From: Guillardia theta CCMP2712
Taxonomy: Eukaryota > Protista > Cryptophyta
Assembly: GCF_000315625.1 (NCBI RefSeq)
Contig: NW_005434642.1
Location: forward strand, 345,131 to 409,130
Length of the DNA: 64,000 nt
Direction of reading: 5' to 3'
The position numbers and the translations under genes are program-made. Positions 23,200-35,084 of this stretch are shown one piece after another (positions within the stretch are counted from its first letter, which is position 1; each line of letters starts with the position of its first letter). Under the pieces are notes generated by a model. The model had not been told where the DNA came from. It worked only from the letters and a program-made list of their open reading frames with translations, and searched no databases.

Positions 23200-24714
23200 A
23201 TGTCTTCAAACGAGAACAAGCGGAAGGTGGAGAGTCCCACCGAAGAAGACGAGGCCAGTGCAGCTAAGAAGCCAAAAGCAAGTGGTGAGCTGTTCTGAAT
23301 ATCTCAGCTTGTTGTGATGAAGGTTTTTCAGAAGAAGAAGGGGAAAAACCGGATTCCACTCAAGAGAAAGATGTCAATGAACAGAAATCTGATGAAACCA
23401 AATCAGATCAGAATGGGCATACCAGTATCGAGACCGACTCAAAGCAAGAAGAGGCCAAGGGCGAGATTACCCCCGCGCAGGAGAAGCCAGTTGAGTCCTC
23501 ATCGAAACTTCCGGAAGTTTTGGACTCGAAGCCGGCTACCAAGGCAAAGCTAGAATGGTTGTTCTCTACTGGCAAATGCAGGCGGGATGAGCTAGACTCT
23601 AAGATTGTTGCATCCTTGTGCGATTTCTCCGATTCCGTGGGCGTGCAGATCATCGAACATTTTTGTGATGCCGACATGTCCACCATGCGGAGCAAGTCAG
23701 CGTTTCTTGCTGGAGTCATCAAGAGGTTCAGAACTGAAGGTGCGGCAGTCAGAGTCATGCATCCGATGGGCATGAACGTCCCTGCTGTACCTCCCCCTGC
23801 CTACACGGGCATGGTCTTCCAGCCTTCTCCCATGATCCCGCCAGCAGGATTGATTCCCTCTGTCCAGCAGAAGCTGGATGCCTTGTTTGCCAGTGGAAAA
23901 TGTGCCCGCAGTGACATCGATTCTCGGTGCATGGAGCAGGTACGCAGTGAGCTACTCACAAATTTCTGTTGATTTCTTTCTTGACAGTTGAGGGCACTGC
24001 CCGAACAATACGCCCTGGAAGTTGTGCAGAAATTCAATGAAGCAGACCTGTCGAGTATTCACAGTCGATCTGGTTTCTTCATGGGCATCATCAAGCGCTT
24101 CAGGGAGCAGGTCAGTTCTCTATGCTTATTGGTTTTGTCGCTGACTGGGGTTGTGTCAGGTTCAAGCATCGGATCCTAGTCTCACATCTCAGACCTTTCT
24201 CAGTCTGCCTTATTCTGTCCAAGCTAAGGTTGAAACAATGTTCCAATCGAACTTGGTATACAGAACGGACTTGGACGCAAAATGCTTCATGGAACTTTTG
24301 GCACTTCCCGAAGCGGTATGAATTCCTTGACATGACGTTGGGTGTAACGGTCTGCTGCAGTCCGCACTTGAAGTCATCGAGAAGTTTTGTGAAGCCAATC
24401 TTCGGGACATCAGAAACAAGACTGCTTTCTTCCTTGGCATCGTCAAACGTGTGAAGCAGTCAAACCCCTCGTTCTCGTACGGCATGGGAATGGCTCAAGG
24501 AAACATGGGCATGAGCGGTGGTCAACCCCAGGGGTATGGTGGAATGGCCGGAGGCTTTCAGAGCGGGATGATGGGGATGGGGATGGTGGGGTATCCGCAG
24601 ATGCAGTCGAACTTTGGAATGCCTAACATGCAATATGGAGGGCAAGGTTCTGTTTATGATCCGAGTCAGGAGCAATCTCAATATCCGTATGGTGGACAGA
24701 CTGGATATCCCTGA
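23200..24714 (+). CDS. Protein with three tandem hnRNP Q/R acidic-domain (NURR/AcD)-like repeats and a Gly/Met/Gln/Tyr-rich tail
   Basis: Repeats LDSKIVASLCDF..VQIIEHFCDADMSTMRSKSAFLAGVIKR / IDSRCMEQLRALP..ALEVVQKFNEADLSSIHSRSGFFMGIIKR / LDAKCFMELLALP..ALEVIEKFCEANLRDIRNKTAFFLGIVKR; four short introns. Confidence 0.8.
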
Positions 24715-25353
24715 CCTCCTCATTCAAGCTTGCAACGCTCTCGATATTCGGTTTCGGGGAATTAAGCAGCTTGTTTTGACCCTTTGCAGATTTCTTGGTT
24801 TCTCTGTAGCGTCGCCTGGAAAGGATGGTCATGCCTCGCCAATCGAGTATGCTTCTTGTATTTGCTCGCGGCATGCAGTCTCCACTCCTTGGTGATCCAG
24901 CCTGGCTTGCGCTTGCAGCTTGTGTTGACGCGTTGCCTGCCTCCTCTGCGTGCATCCTACCGCTTGCATGCAGCGCGACTGACAGATCTCATGCCCGCCA
25001 ATCTTTTCGATTTGCTTGCCAGCTCTGAGAGGAGAGAGTGCTTGTCGCGCATGCTTGCTGCTCCTGCTGGCTCTGCTCGGCCCCATTGCGTGTGGATGCG
25101 ATGATGGTTTGTGCGCTGCTCATGTTGCAAGCGGTCCTGGAGAAGGTTGACTGGAGCATGGCTCTTCATTGCGAGTGATTTCAATGATTCCTGAGTACTT
25201 AATATACACGTTTAATCTCAAACTTCTGTTATCAGTGTATGTTCCCATACGCACAACTTCAGTGAGTTGCCATGCCCTCCCCTTTCAAATCGTTCTGGGT
25301 ACAGGCTGTACCATGTGGGGCATCAACACATGCTTCCAAGGCAGTGATCAACC

Positions 25354-26980
25354 TCACTTGGCAGCCACCTGCTTGTCATCACTTTCATTACTGCACTCCT
25401 TGGCTTTCTTGCGCGAGCACGTCTCATGACCAGGTTTTGGCAGTCGCCTCTTGGACTTGGTGGAGATTGACTTGATGCTCCTCGAGCTCCTGGCTTTCGG
25501 CCAACAGCTGCTTGAATCGTCGAGCAGCTTCACGATATAACGGAGATCCTCCGAGACAAAGCGATCTGTAACCGTCGCAAGGTAAGAAACAATCATCTTG
25601 GGCTGAGGATGCTGCGGCAGAATGCTCTGCAATCGGAAGGGCAACGTGACGAGGGGGGTAACGTGCCGATGCCCGTCACCCTGATCTTCAACGTACTTGC
25701 GCACGAATATTCCTGCCTTGGGGTTGAAGTGAAGGTAATGCTCTCGATCTCCAACCGTCGGGCTCTTGTCAGTATGATTCGCCTTGATATGAACATTCCA
25801 TGGGCGGTCGGAAGCCAGCAAATTCATCCCCTCCTCCACCGTCCGCAGGTTCTCCAGCGCACAACTGTGCTCAGTCAATTTGTCTGCAAAGGTTGAGATT
25901 CTCTTGAGACAGGGCTCGATGACATTCCAGAGCTCGAGCTCAACTTTGAGTAGCTCCCGTCTCCGGTCGTGTGCATGCACTTTGTAGACGATCATGTCCA
26001 GACATCGAAGCAGAGCCCCTTGACGCCTCCAGCAATCATCCGGCAGGTCCCGCCCCTGCCCCTCCCAAACGATCGTATCGAACAGCTCGTGCTCTTGTCG
26101 CGGCTTCAACAGGAAGACCTTCTCACAATCTACTATCACCTCCTTGCACTTCTCAAGCATACAGTGGATCACGTCAGGGTACAGGTCCGAGAAGTGAATC
26201 AGCGCAGGAACGATGCTCGAACGCGGTGGCAACGTGAGGCAACGCTTATCCCGCCTCTTGAAAACGAACCTCTCGCAGGCCCGCATGTTGAAGAACTTCA
26301 AGGGCGCAGCCTCTGCCGGACTGTTGTCCAGATGACGAGCATCAATGTGCGCCTTCACCATTTCTGTCTTTGTCCGAGATGGAGCTCTGCAACCAACACA
26401 CGTGTCAGAAAATGAATCGTCCGATCTCTCCGCACCCCTGACACACTCACAATCGAATCTGAAAAATACACTACACCTCAAACGACATGACATAACTGAG
26501 AGTGCATTTCAAACACTTAGCTCTTCTCGATTGTTTCCCGCCTTCACATCCTATCAGGCTGACTAGCAAACAAGGACTAGCAAGTGCATGTGTAAACTGC
26601 TTCAAATTCAAGGTGGCCCTAACTAAGCTCTATCCACTTTCCTCACAGCAGATTAGGTATTATGAAAGGTTACAACAGTCATTGCATGATGGGCGTACAG
26701 CACCAGAATGAAGATCTTCTTCATGTCGTAGATGGACAGAAAATCAAGATCGCCTTGCTGTTATTCTACCTGACCTCGTACATTTTCACTGCCTCTCCAA
26801 AGTCCTTTCGAATCTCGACACCATTACGTTGAGTACATCGTTGCTCCATGTGCGGCCTTCTTGATTCCAAAAAGATCAACAACCCATTCTGCTATTCACT
26901 CGTTTGTGACGAAAGAGAATAAGTCCACCTTCCTCCTCATGGCCAACAGGGTGAACGGCGACTGCGTTTGCCCAGCACAA
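25354..26980 (-). CDS. Hypothetical multi-exon protein
   Basis: 379-codon ORF at 25354-26493 plus probable upstream exons at ~26500-26980; no domain recognised; ends uncertain. Confidence 0.55.
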
Positions 26981-28050
26981 ACTTCACCCCGGAACAAGCT
27001 TTCTACTCCCACCCCATCATGGTGGATCGCAATCCATCTCTTGCTAGTTCGCACGATTATCCACCTTCATGCCAGACAACATATCTCCTCATCCTCCATC
27101 CTCCATCCTCCATCCCCTGTGCCCTGCGCCTCCTTGCTAACTCGAAAGCAGTTTGCTCTCCGCGCCATGACCCCTTCCCTTCCCCACCCTGCTGATGCAT
27201 CATCACCACCCCCGTTTACAGACCGGTGGTGTCAACCACCCCCTCCTATCCAAACAGCAAATAGATTTGAGCGACACACCACAAATTAGAAAATGTGTTT
27301 GTTAATTTACAGCAATAAACCAAGATTTGGGGTCATCGTTTTGGAAAATTTCAAACATTTACTACCCACCCGATGGGAATTTCGAGCTGGGGACCCTGTT
27401 TTCCCGTAGAGCATAGCGGCACTACAGCAACAACTCATGAGTACTGGATTCTACTTTAATTGATTATACATGTATATAGTTTTTAGTGAAATATTTTAAA
27501 ATAGTACCAATACACAAGAATGGTTCAATGTTACAAAACTTTTAACCTTGTAAACAATAGTTTTATACTACACCTCATCACCCCTTGGGATTGGTCACAT
27601 CCCACCCGATAGGATCGACCCACCCCCACAATTCATTACCCTCTAAAACTTGACCCCTACCTATAGCCTTTTTCTGTACTGAAAACATAGGTACCCGTAC
27701 TGAATTTTCGATGTACCCTCCCCCTGACAGTCTGTACCCTGCCACATCCACCCGGATTCTTGCTACACCCCTACCCATTACCCACCAGTACCCTCCTGCT
27801 CCTATTTCCACCACCCTCACGTTTTTTTTTGTTTTCCTGATTGTTTTTTAAGTTTTTCTTTATTTGTTTTTAGCACCTTTTAAAGGGATTTTGGTGGGGA
27901 AAGTTGCTGGAGACGGTGCGGGCGGGGATAGCTCACAGCACTTGTTTCTGAGCATGTGGACCTAGTCTTGGCTCGCTTCCTTACCTCTCTAGCCTTGCTC
28001 TTCTGAATCTCTCCTCTTCTTCGAGGTACAGGATCTCCTCTTTCACCAGC

Positions 28051-29157
28051 ATGACAAACTCGTCGATGGCCGAAAACCCACCGGCTGCCTACAACTGGTG
28101 CCTGAGCTCGAGAGACGTGTGCTCTTTCTACGAGAGGAAGCTCCTTCGGAGCGTGAAAGTTCCCTACCTCATCAGAGACGTGAAACTGGGTGAGACGTGC
28201 ACTTTGTCGCCGAAAGAGAAGAGATTTCAAGGACATTGGATTCATACATTGGCTACAAGGGACCAGGGGGCGGAGGCTGGCCAGAACAAGCAAACTTTAG
28301 TTCTCCTTCATGGCATGGGCTGCGGGTTGAGTGTATACCATCAGTGCATAGACGAGCTCTCCTCACGATATCATGTCGTAGCGATAGACATGCCGGGGTT
28401 CGGCTTGTCCTCGCGACCCAAGTTCCCTGAGGGTGCGGAGGAAGTCGAGGAGATGTTTGTGCAGGCGCTGGAGATCTGGAGGAGGGAGATGAAACTCTCT
28501 TCTTTCGTGCTCGGTGGTCACTCCTTCGGCGGCTACATCGCAAGCTGCTTCGCGTTGAAGTACCCCAGCCTGTGCTCGAGCCTCGTCCTCATCGACGCAT
28601 GGGGCTTCCCGGAGCTCGACCCGGAGAGGATACGGAAAATCTCTCCCTTCCTCAGGACCGTGAACCACATTTTCATGCACGTGACAGACCCGGTCTCTAT
28701 GCTCCGGATGTTCGGCCCGCTCGGCTTCTCTGTGTTCCGGAGGTTCAGGAAGAGGATGGTACGGCGGCTGGACCAGGAGACGGCAGACGCCCTCGTATCC
28801 TACCTCTACCACTGCAACGTCTGCGACGTCCCCACCGGGCCCCGCGGTTTCCGCCACCTGTGCGGCCCTCTCGCTTTCGCCAAGCGGCCGCTGCTGCCGA
28901 GGGTGGAGGAGCTGAACGAGCTGCTTCCTGTCACGTTCATATACGGCCAGGAGAGCTGGATCAACTCGGACAGCGGGTACGAGGTGCGGAACAGGAGGAG
29001 GAAGATGCACACAGGAGTGCATGTGATAGCAGAGGCCGGGCACAACATTCACTTCGACCAGCCCCACCTGCTGTGCCATGCCATTCTCAGCTGCCACCCG
29101 CCTCCTGCCCACCTGAAGCAGTTGGAGATCCCTCGTGACTTCAAATTTTCGGTGTGA
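28051..29157 (+). CDS. Alpha/beta hydrolase, ABHD4/ABHD5 (CGI-58/Ict1/Cld1)-like lipase/acyltransferase
   Basis: LVLLHGMG, AIDMPGFGLSSRP, nucleophile elbow GHSFGG, AFAKRPL, TFIYG..SW, C-terminal HxxxxD (HNIHFD); intronless. Confidence 0.92.
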   Translation: MTNSSMAENPPAAYNWCLSSRDVCSFYERKLLRSVKVPYLIRDVKLGETCTLSPKEKRFQGHWIHTLATRDQGAEAGQNKQTLVLLHGMGCGLSVYHQCIDELSSRYHVVAIDMPGFGLSSRPKFPEGAEEVEEMFVQALEIWRREMKLSSFVLGGHSFGGYIASCFALKYPSLCSSLVLIDAWGFPELDPERIRKISPFLRTVNHIFMHVTDPVSMLRMFGPLGFSVFRRFRKRMVRRLDQETADALVSYLYHCNVCDVPTGPRGFRHLCGPLAFAKRPLLPRVEELNELLPVTFIYGQESWINSDSGYEVRNRRRKMHTGVHVIAEAGHNIHFDQPHLLCHAILSCHPPPAHLKQLEIPRDFKFSV

Positions 29158-29337
29158 GAGTGAGGGTTGGACCATTCAACCAACTTCCCCTCCTCACGCT
29201 ATCCTCCACCACCACCGCTACCTCCTCCTCCTCCTCCTCCTCCTCCTCCTCCTCCTCCTCCTCCTCTTCCTCGTTTCCTTGCCATCCTCCTCCTCCTCAC
29301 TTGGCGTCTCAGCAAACGTCTAGAGTTAACGAGTTCG

Positions 29338-32300
29338 TCACAGACCAGTAGGTTCATCTCGTTGTTTGACATGCTGGTGCATTGTTGGTTCCACTGCTTA
29401 CCCTACTGTTATCTTTACCTCTGTTCTAAGACGAATTGGTGTAAACGAGCTTTGTCTTGGTCCTTCGCTCACGTCAGCATCGCCCCTATGCCCTTCTCCT
29501 GACCTTGAACTTGACGTGCCGAGCAGCTTCGTTAGATTCCATGCTCGCTTCCGCTCCACCTCTTGCCGTCTCTGACGACCAGTCGTCATGGAGAGGCTTG
29601 CGTCATGCTGGGGACATACCTGCTCATTCTCCTCCTCCTCCATCTGCTCCATCGCCTCTTTCGACCTCTGCACCGTCCACAGTCAGCGTCGAAGTACTGA
29701 GAGGATCCACAGGGACCAAGATGACTTCTCGCTTCTCAACTAATTGCGCCACCCTCGTCCTCTCCTGCTCATGGTCAGCGCAGCGACAGTCAAGGCAGCA
29801 GTACCAACCTCATCCATTTTCAGCGCGATCTGCTTCCTCTGCAGCTCGAGCTCCTCCAGCTTCTCCTGCCTCCTCCTCTCCACCCTCTCCGCCTCCTTCT
29901 GCTTCTCGATCTTCTCCCTCACTGCCTGCACCTGGAGGGAGTCAAGGAAGTCAGCGCATGACTGCTCGGGCTCAGCAAGGCCTTCATCCTACCTCCTTCT
30001 GGAACTCATCTTGTTCAACAAAGTCGGGGCTGACACGAGAGTTGGCCTGAGAGACTTTGAGGGTCGGAGGGAGAGATGATGGGTCAGTCCTCCTCTCACC
30101 TTCCTTTTGCTCATCAGCGACTGCATCATCCTCCGCTTCGCCTCCACAGAAGAGGACTTCCCCAGCATCGTTGTGAGCAGGGAGCTGGGAACTTGTCAGC
30201 TTCAACCTCCGCAAGAGCAGGGCAGACCGTCTCTGTCCTCCCTTCTCACTCGTCGACTCCTTCGTCGTCGTGCTCGATGCAGAAGTTGCTTCACGATCTC
30301 TCCATCCCACCTCCACCACCTCCTTTCTCGCTGCTGCCACGGGCTCTGCTTCCTCCTGCTGTGCTCCTGCCTCGTCCTCGTCTCCTCGCTCCTGCAAGAA
30401 AGCTTGTCCTTCCAGCTCAGCTATCGCTCGGACTTTCTTGTTGATCGCTGCCTCAAGCTGCTTGCGCTTCTGCTGCTGCTTCCTTGCTGCCAGCAGGTCG
30501 GCCTCCCTCTCGCTCAGCAGCTTCAGCTCTCGCTCCTGCCACATCAAGATCGTCATCCAGCCCGGCATCAACAGAAGAAGCACAGCAAACCTTGGCCTCG
30601 ATCTCCTCCTCCTCCAGCTGCTGCCTCCTCAGTCGTTCTATCTCGGCCAGGTTCTCCTGCCTCCTCGACTCAATCTTCGCCCTGCTCGCCCCTGCCCCTC
30701 CGAGCGCCAGCCCCCGCTCCAACGGGCTGTGACCCTGATGAGTTGCATGCCCCTCCGCGTGCGCAAGGGAGGCCTGCTGCCTGACCTCGGCATCCTCTTC
30801 TCCTGACCGCGAGAAGCTGGAGAGTACCGCCTCCTTCTCCTGCGCACTGAGCGACTTCATGGCGAGCAGGACGGAGGCCTTGAGATCCGTCAGCCCGCTC
30901 TCAATATTCTCAAACTGCATGCGCAGATGCAGCGAGCCTTTCAGGAGCTCCCCCGTCCTCTTCCTCAGCGAGAAGTACTCGTCCACGTCCCCCTCCAGCA
31001 GCGACCCCATCTCCACCTCCACACAGCCCATGAAGTCGTGCGAGTCCGCAAAGTCCCAGTCAAAGCACTCCACCAGGATCTGGGAGTCGAAGCTGCGGAT
31101 GTAGAAGTCGAACGTCTCCTCCCACACGGGGTCCAGGGTCTTCTTCAGGATCCTAGTCTTGGCCTTCTGCCCGTCCACGTTGAGCACGACGTACGGGTCC
31201 GCCTTCCCGAACCTGTCCATCTTGGGCAGACCCTTTCCTCCCACCACCGTGATCCTCAGCTTCGCTCCCTTGGCTACGATTGGGGATATAAGGGACGTGC
31301 GCTGCAGCTGATAGACCAGCTGCCGCTCGGGCGCTACCCGCGCCAGCATCCTGTCGATCTTCTGGTTGATAACAAACAAGCTTGCCGAGACCATTGGGTC
31401 CAGCTTGACCGCCTCCTCCTCCTCCTCCTCCTCCTCGGCCTCGGCCGCTACCTCGTACTCCCCGTACACGTCCTCGAGGGCCTGTGTGTATGCTTCTCGA
31501 GAGGCTCCTTCGAAGGTGTGCATGCTCTCCAGCAGCCTGTTGGCCGCATGGTTGTCTAGCCCCTGGATCTTGGAGAGGAGCCTCGTGGCCTGCTCCCTCT
31601 CTCGCTCGATCAGCAACTTGGGCACAGCATGCCGCCAGCTCGTGACGTTCAGCACGGAAACGTCGTTCAGCCCTCGAAGTTCTCCTCCTAGCCCAGCTCC
31701 CCCCGGGCAGGCACCTCCAAACACGACCAGGTTGTTCCCGACTGTGACCATGGAGTGCCCTGCTCGCGCGCAAGGGCGTTTGCTTCCTATCATGCCCTGC
31801 TCGTCCTCCTGCTGCAGTAGGTGCCAGGCGTTAGAGGCCGTGTCGAACACCCAGATCGAGTCGTAGAACCCTTCTTCCCCGTCCTCCATCCCTCCTCCCC
31901 CGAACACAAAGATGCCCTGGTTGTACATAGTCATCCCATGCCCTGCCCTGGCCGTGGGTCCCATCTCAGCCTCCACTCTGATCTGCTTCCAGTGGGACTT
32001 TGCAAGGTCGAAGGTCCACAGGTCCGACAAGTAGTTCCGGTTCCCTTCCGCCTTGTTGTTCCCCCCGAACACGTAGATCTTCCCTCCGTACTGCAGCATC
32101 GAGTGCTGGGACCGGCCGACGGGAAGGCCGACTTCTGCCGTGGGAACGATCTTGGTCCAGATGCCCAGCAGGATGTCAAGACTCCACAGATCGTTCTTGT
32201 AGTTGGTAGCAAACGTCCCGGTGCAGCCGCCAAACATGAAGATCTTCGACCTGCGAGCGCGTCATGAGGCGATCAGAACAAGCCTCTCGCACCACCTGTA

Positions 32301-34127
32301 GAGCAGCGTGGCGGCGTACGACCGCCCTTGCGGTCCCTCCCCCTTCGTCTCGAACCTCTTGCTGTCCCCGCTCAGTGGATCTAGAGTGAACACGTCGTCC
32401 AGGAACTTAGCCCTCCCCTCCTCCACGTTCCAGCCGAACAGCACTAGCAGCTGATTCCTCCCCTGCTCGATCGTGTGCATCGTGTGCCCGGCCCGGCCCG
32501 GAGGCACGTACGGCGAGCTTGGGGACAGCCTGACTTCAGTCCACTTCATGGTGGAGACGTCCAGGAGAAACAAGTCGGAAGAGTATGCCTTCTCTCCGCT
32601 CCTCTCCACCAAGCCTCCGAACACGTACATCCGGTTCCCCACACAAGCCACCGCATGCCCTGACCTGGGGCTGGGCTGGCTGCCCTCGGGCTTCCCGAGG
32701 TGCCACACCATGACGCTCTCCTCCTGCTTCACCGCCATGCTCGCAACGCTTAGGGAGCTCTCAACTGTGATGGTCGACATGTTGGACCTCCGCCGCGTCA
32801 TCCACATCGAGCGCATCGGCGCGTTCAGCGCTCTGTCCATGAAGTCTCTGTCTTTGATGCTGTGAGGTTTGCTGTGCTCAGCAAAGTAGCGCTTCCATGC
32901 TCTCAAGTCGACCACATGGTTCTCCTCCACTATCTTGAACCTTGACGTTGGCGACGACCTTGTCCCATCGCCGGGCATCCTGTCAAAGTCTTGCTGGGCA
33001 GAGCCCGAGGAGGCTCGCGAGCTTGTAACCCCTCCGATGTAAACAAGGTGCAGGTTCTCGAAAGCGCAGACTGCAGATGCTCCAACAGCAGGGAGCTCGA
33101 GGTATTTCTTATTGTCACCTTCCTCCTTCTCCTTCAACCTTTTCCAAACCTGGCAACGAATCTTTCAGCATGACACATCCTCCTCCATGCAGCCGCAGCA
33201 GTCAGCAGCAGCAACAACATACCTTAGAGACAGGATCGAAGAACCAAGCGTCGTCAAAGAACCGCCCCTCTATGTCACAACCTCCTACAAGAGCGATCCT
33301 ATCCTTCATCAGCACCATGCTGCCCGAGTATCTAGCTGCAGACACACTTTCATCTCTCCGCTCCCCCAATCACCTCAGTTCTTACCTTGTGGCATCGCCT
33401 TCGGGTGGCATTCAACTTCCTCCCACTCTGCCCTCGTCAGGTCCAAACTCACAAAGTCTCCCAGGCAGTTCTTCTTCCCCGCCCTCAGGTTCACCCCGCC
33501 GAACACGAAGCACTTCCCTCCATACAGCACCATGGAGTGCTGAGACCTTCCGGGAGGAGGAGCGTTCACCGTCTCCAGATTGGTCCAAGTACTTGTTTCA
33601 AGGTCCAGGATCACCATGTCATTCCGGTAGTTGGCCGCCAGTGCTCCGTTACATCCCCCGAAGAGGAAGATCTTTCTCCTCGCGTACGCTGCCGTCGCAT
33701 GAGCCCGAGGGACCGGAGGAACGCCCGAGGCCTTGACTGCGCTCCATTGCATGTCGCTGATGGAGCATCGGAAGCAGTCCCCGAGGTAAACAACTTCCTT
33801 CTTCCCCCATTTCCACCCGCACAAGACGTAGAAACAGCTTCCGTCGGTCACCATGCAGTGACCCGCCCGGGCGCAAGGCTGATCTATGGACACAGAGAAT
33901 TTGGACCAGAACCCATCGTCGATATCGTATCGATACGTATCCTGGGACAATGTGCGGTCTTCTTCTCCTAGCGTCAGGTTCCCTCCAAAGATGTACATGC
34001 CCGTTCCCACTGCCACCGCAGCCGACGAATGGAGAGGCGGCGGGCATGCGCCGTGCTTCGGGATCTTGCTCAAGCATCCTTCCCCTTCCTCCATCTCCTC
34101 GATGTCTCCTGCTGGTGACTTGACCAT
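29338..34127 (-). CDS. Kelch-repeat (two propeller sets) + C2 domain + coiled-coil protein, multi-exon
   Basis: Many R..H...(I/V)(Y/F)VFGG Kelch units in ORFs 33375-34133, 32262-33137 and 30453-32237; C2 domain LPKMDRFGKADPYV..KKTLDPVWEETF..FDWDFADSHDFMG; Glu/Arg/Lys-rich tail. Confidence 0.88.
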
Positions 34128-34153
34128 CTCCAATCGAGAAAGAGAGCTGCTTG

Positions 34154-34247
34154 TGCTGCTTTTGCTTGTTTCAATCCAACCTTCTCATTCTTTCCACCTG
34201 TGCTGCTTTTGCTTGTTTCAATCCAACCTTCTCATTCTTTCCACCTG
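34154..34247. repeat. Perfect 47-bp tandem duplication just upstream of the Kelch-C2 ATG
   Basis: tgctgcttttgcttgtttcaatccaaccttctcattctttccacctg at 34154-34200 and 34201-34247. Confidence 0.95.
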
Positions 34248-34399
34248 TTCCTGCAAACGTTATAAGTATCCGGCTGACAATTCATTCGTTTCCTCCACCC
34301 TCAATACCCCTTCCTTCCATCTTCTACTCCCCACTTCACCTGCCTTCCCCCCCGGCTCCGTCTCATCTCCTCTCCTCCTGAGTCACTTCCTCCTCCCCC

Positions 34400-34665
34400 G
34401 TCCTCCATTCCTCTCTCCTCTCTCCTCTCGTCTCCTCTCCTCTCGTCTCTTCTCCTCCCGTCTCCCCTCCTCTCCTCTCCTGTCCTGTCCTCTCGCTTCC
34501 CAATCACCTCTCGTCTCCTCTCGTCTCCTCTCGTCTCGTCTCCTCTCGCTCCCCTTATCTCCTCTTGTCTCGTCTCCTCTCGTCTCCTCTCGTCTCCTCT
34601 CGTATCCTCTCGTCTCGTCTCGTCTCGTCTCGTCTCGTCTCCTCTCCTCTCCTCTCTTCCCCTTC
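34400..34665. repeat. Degenerate (CTCGT/CTCCT)n pyrimidine-rich pentamer satellite
   Basis: Seen directly between the divergent Kelch-C2 and Ca-channel genes. Confidence 0.9.
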
Positions 34666-35084
34666 CCTCCCATTGCCAACCGCTTGTTGTCAATCGTTTT
34701 GACCTGGGGGATGGAGTGGGGACGAGGGGTCACTGAGGCGGACCCGATCTTGAAATTGAGTGGGGACGAGGGCTGTGTGTGAATGGACTGTCAGTACGGG
34801 ATGGGGGTAAGGTGGTATACCCTAAGATTGTCCATGAGTTACATTATATAATGGGGTAGAGGGTGGCACACGGAGGGGGTGGGGGTACGCCAACAGTGCT
34901 TGTAAGTTTGACCATTTTATTTTTGTCGGTTGAGCGCAGGCTGGCGGCTGGACATGCGGAGAGCGGCAGGGAGCAGAGGGAAGCGGGAGCAGGAGGAGCA
35001 GGAGAGGAGGGCCGGAAGATCAGGGGCATGCGACTGAGAGGAGAAGCTGGAGGAAGAAGACAGGATGGGCTCGGAGCATCTGGC

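Noticed and set aside
33886-34782. 298-aa SSRLL-repeat ORF
   Set aside because: Antisense Kelch exon plus pentamer satellite
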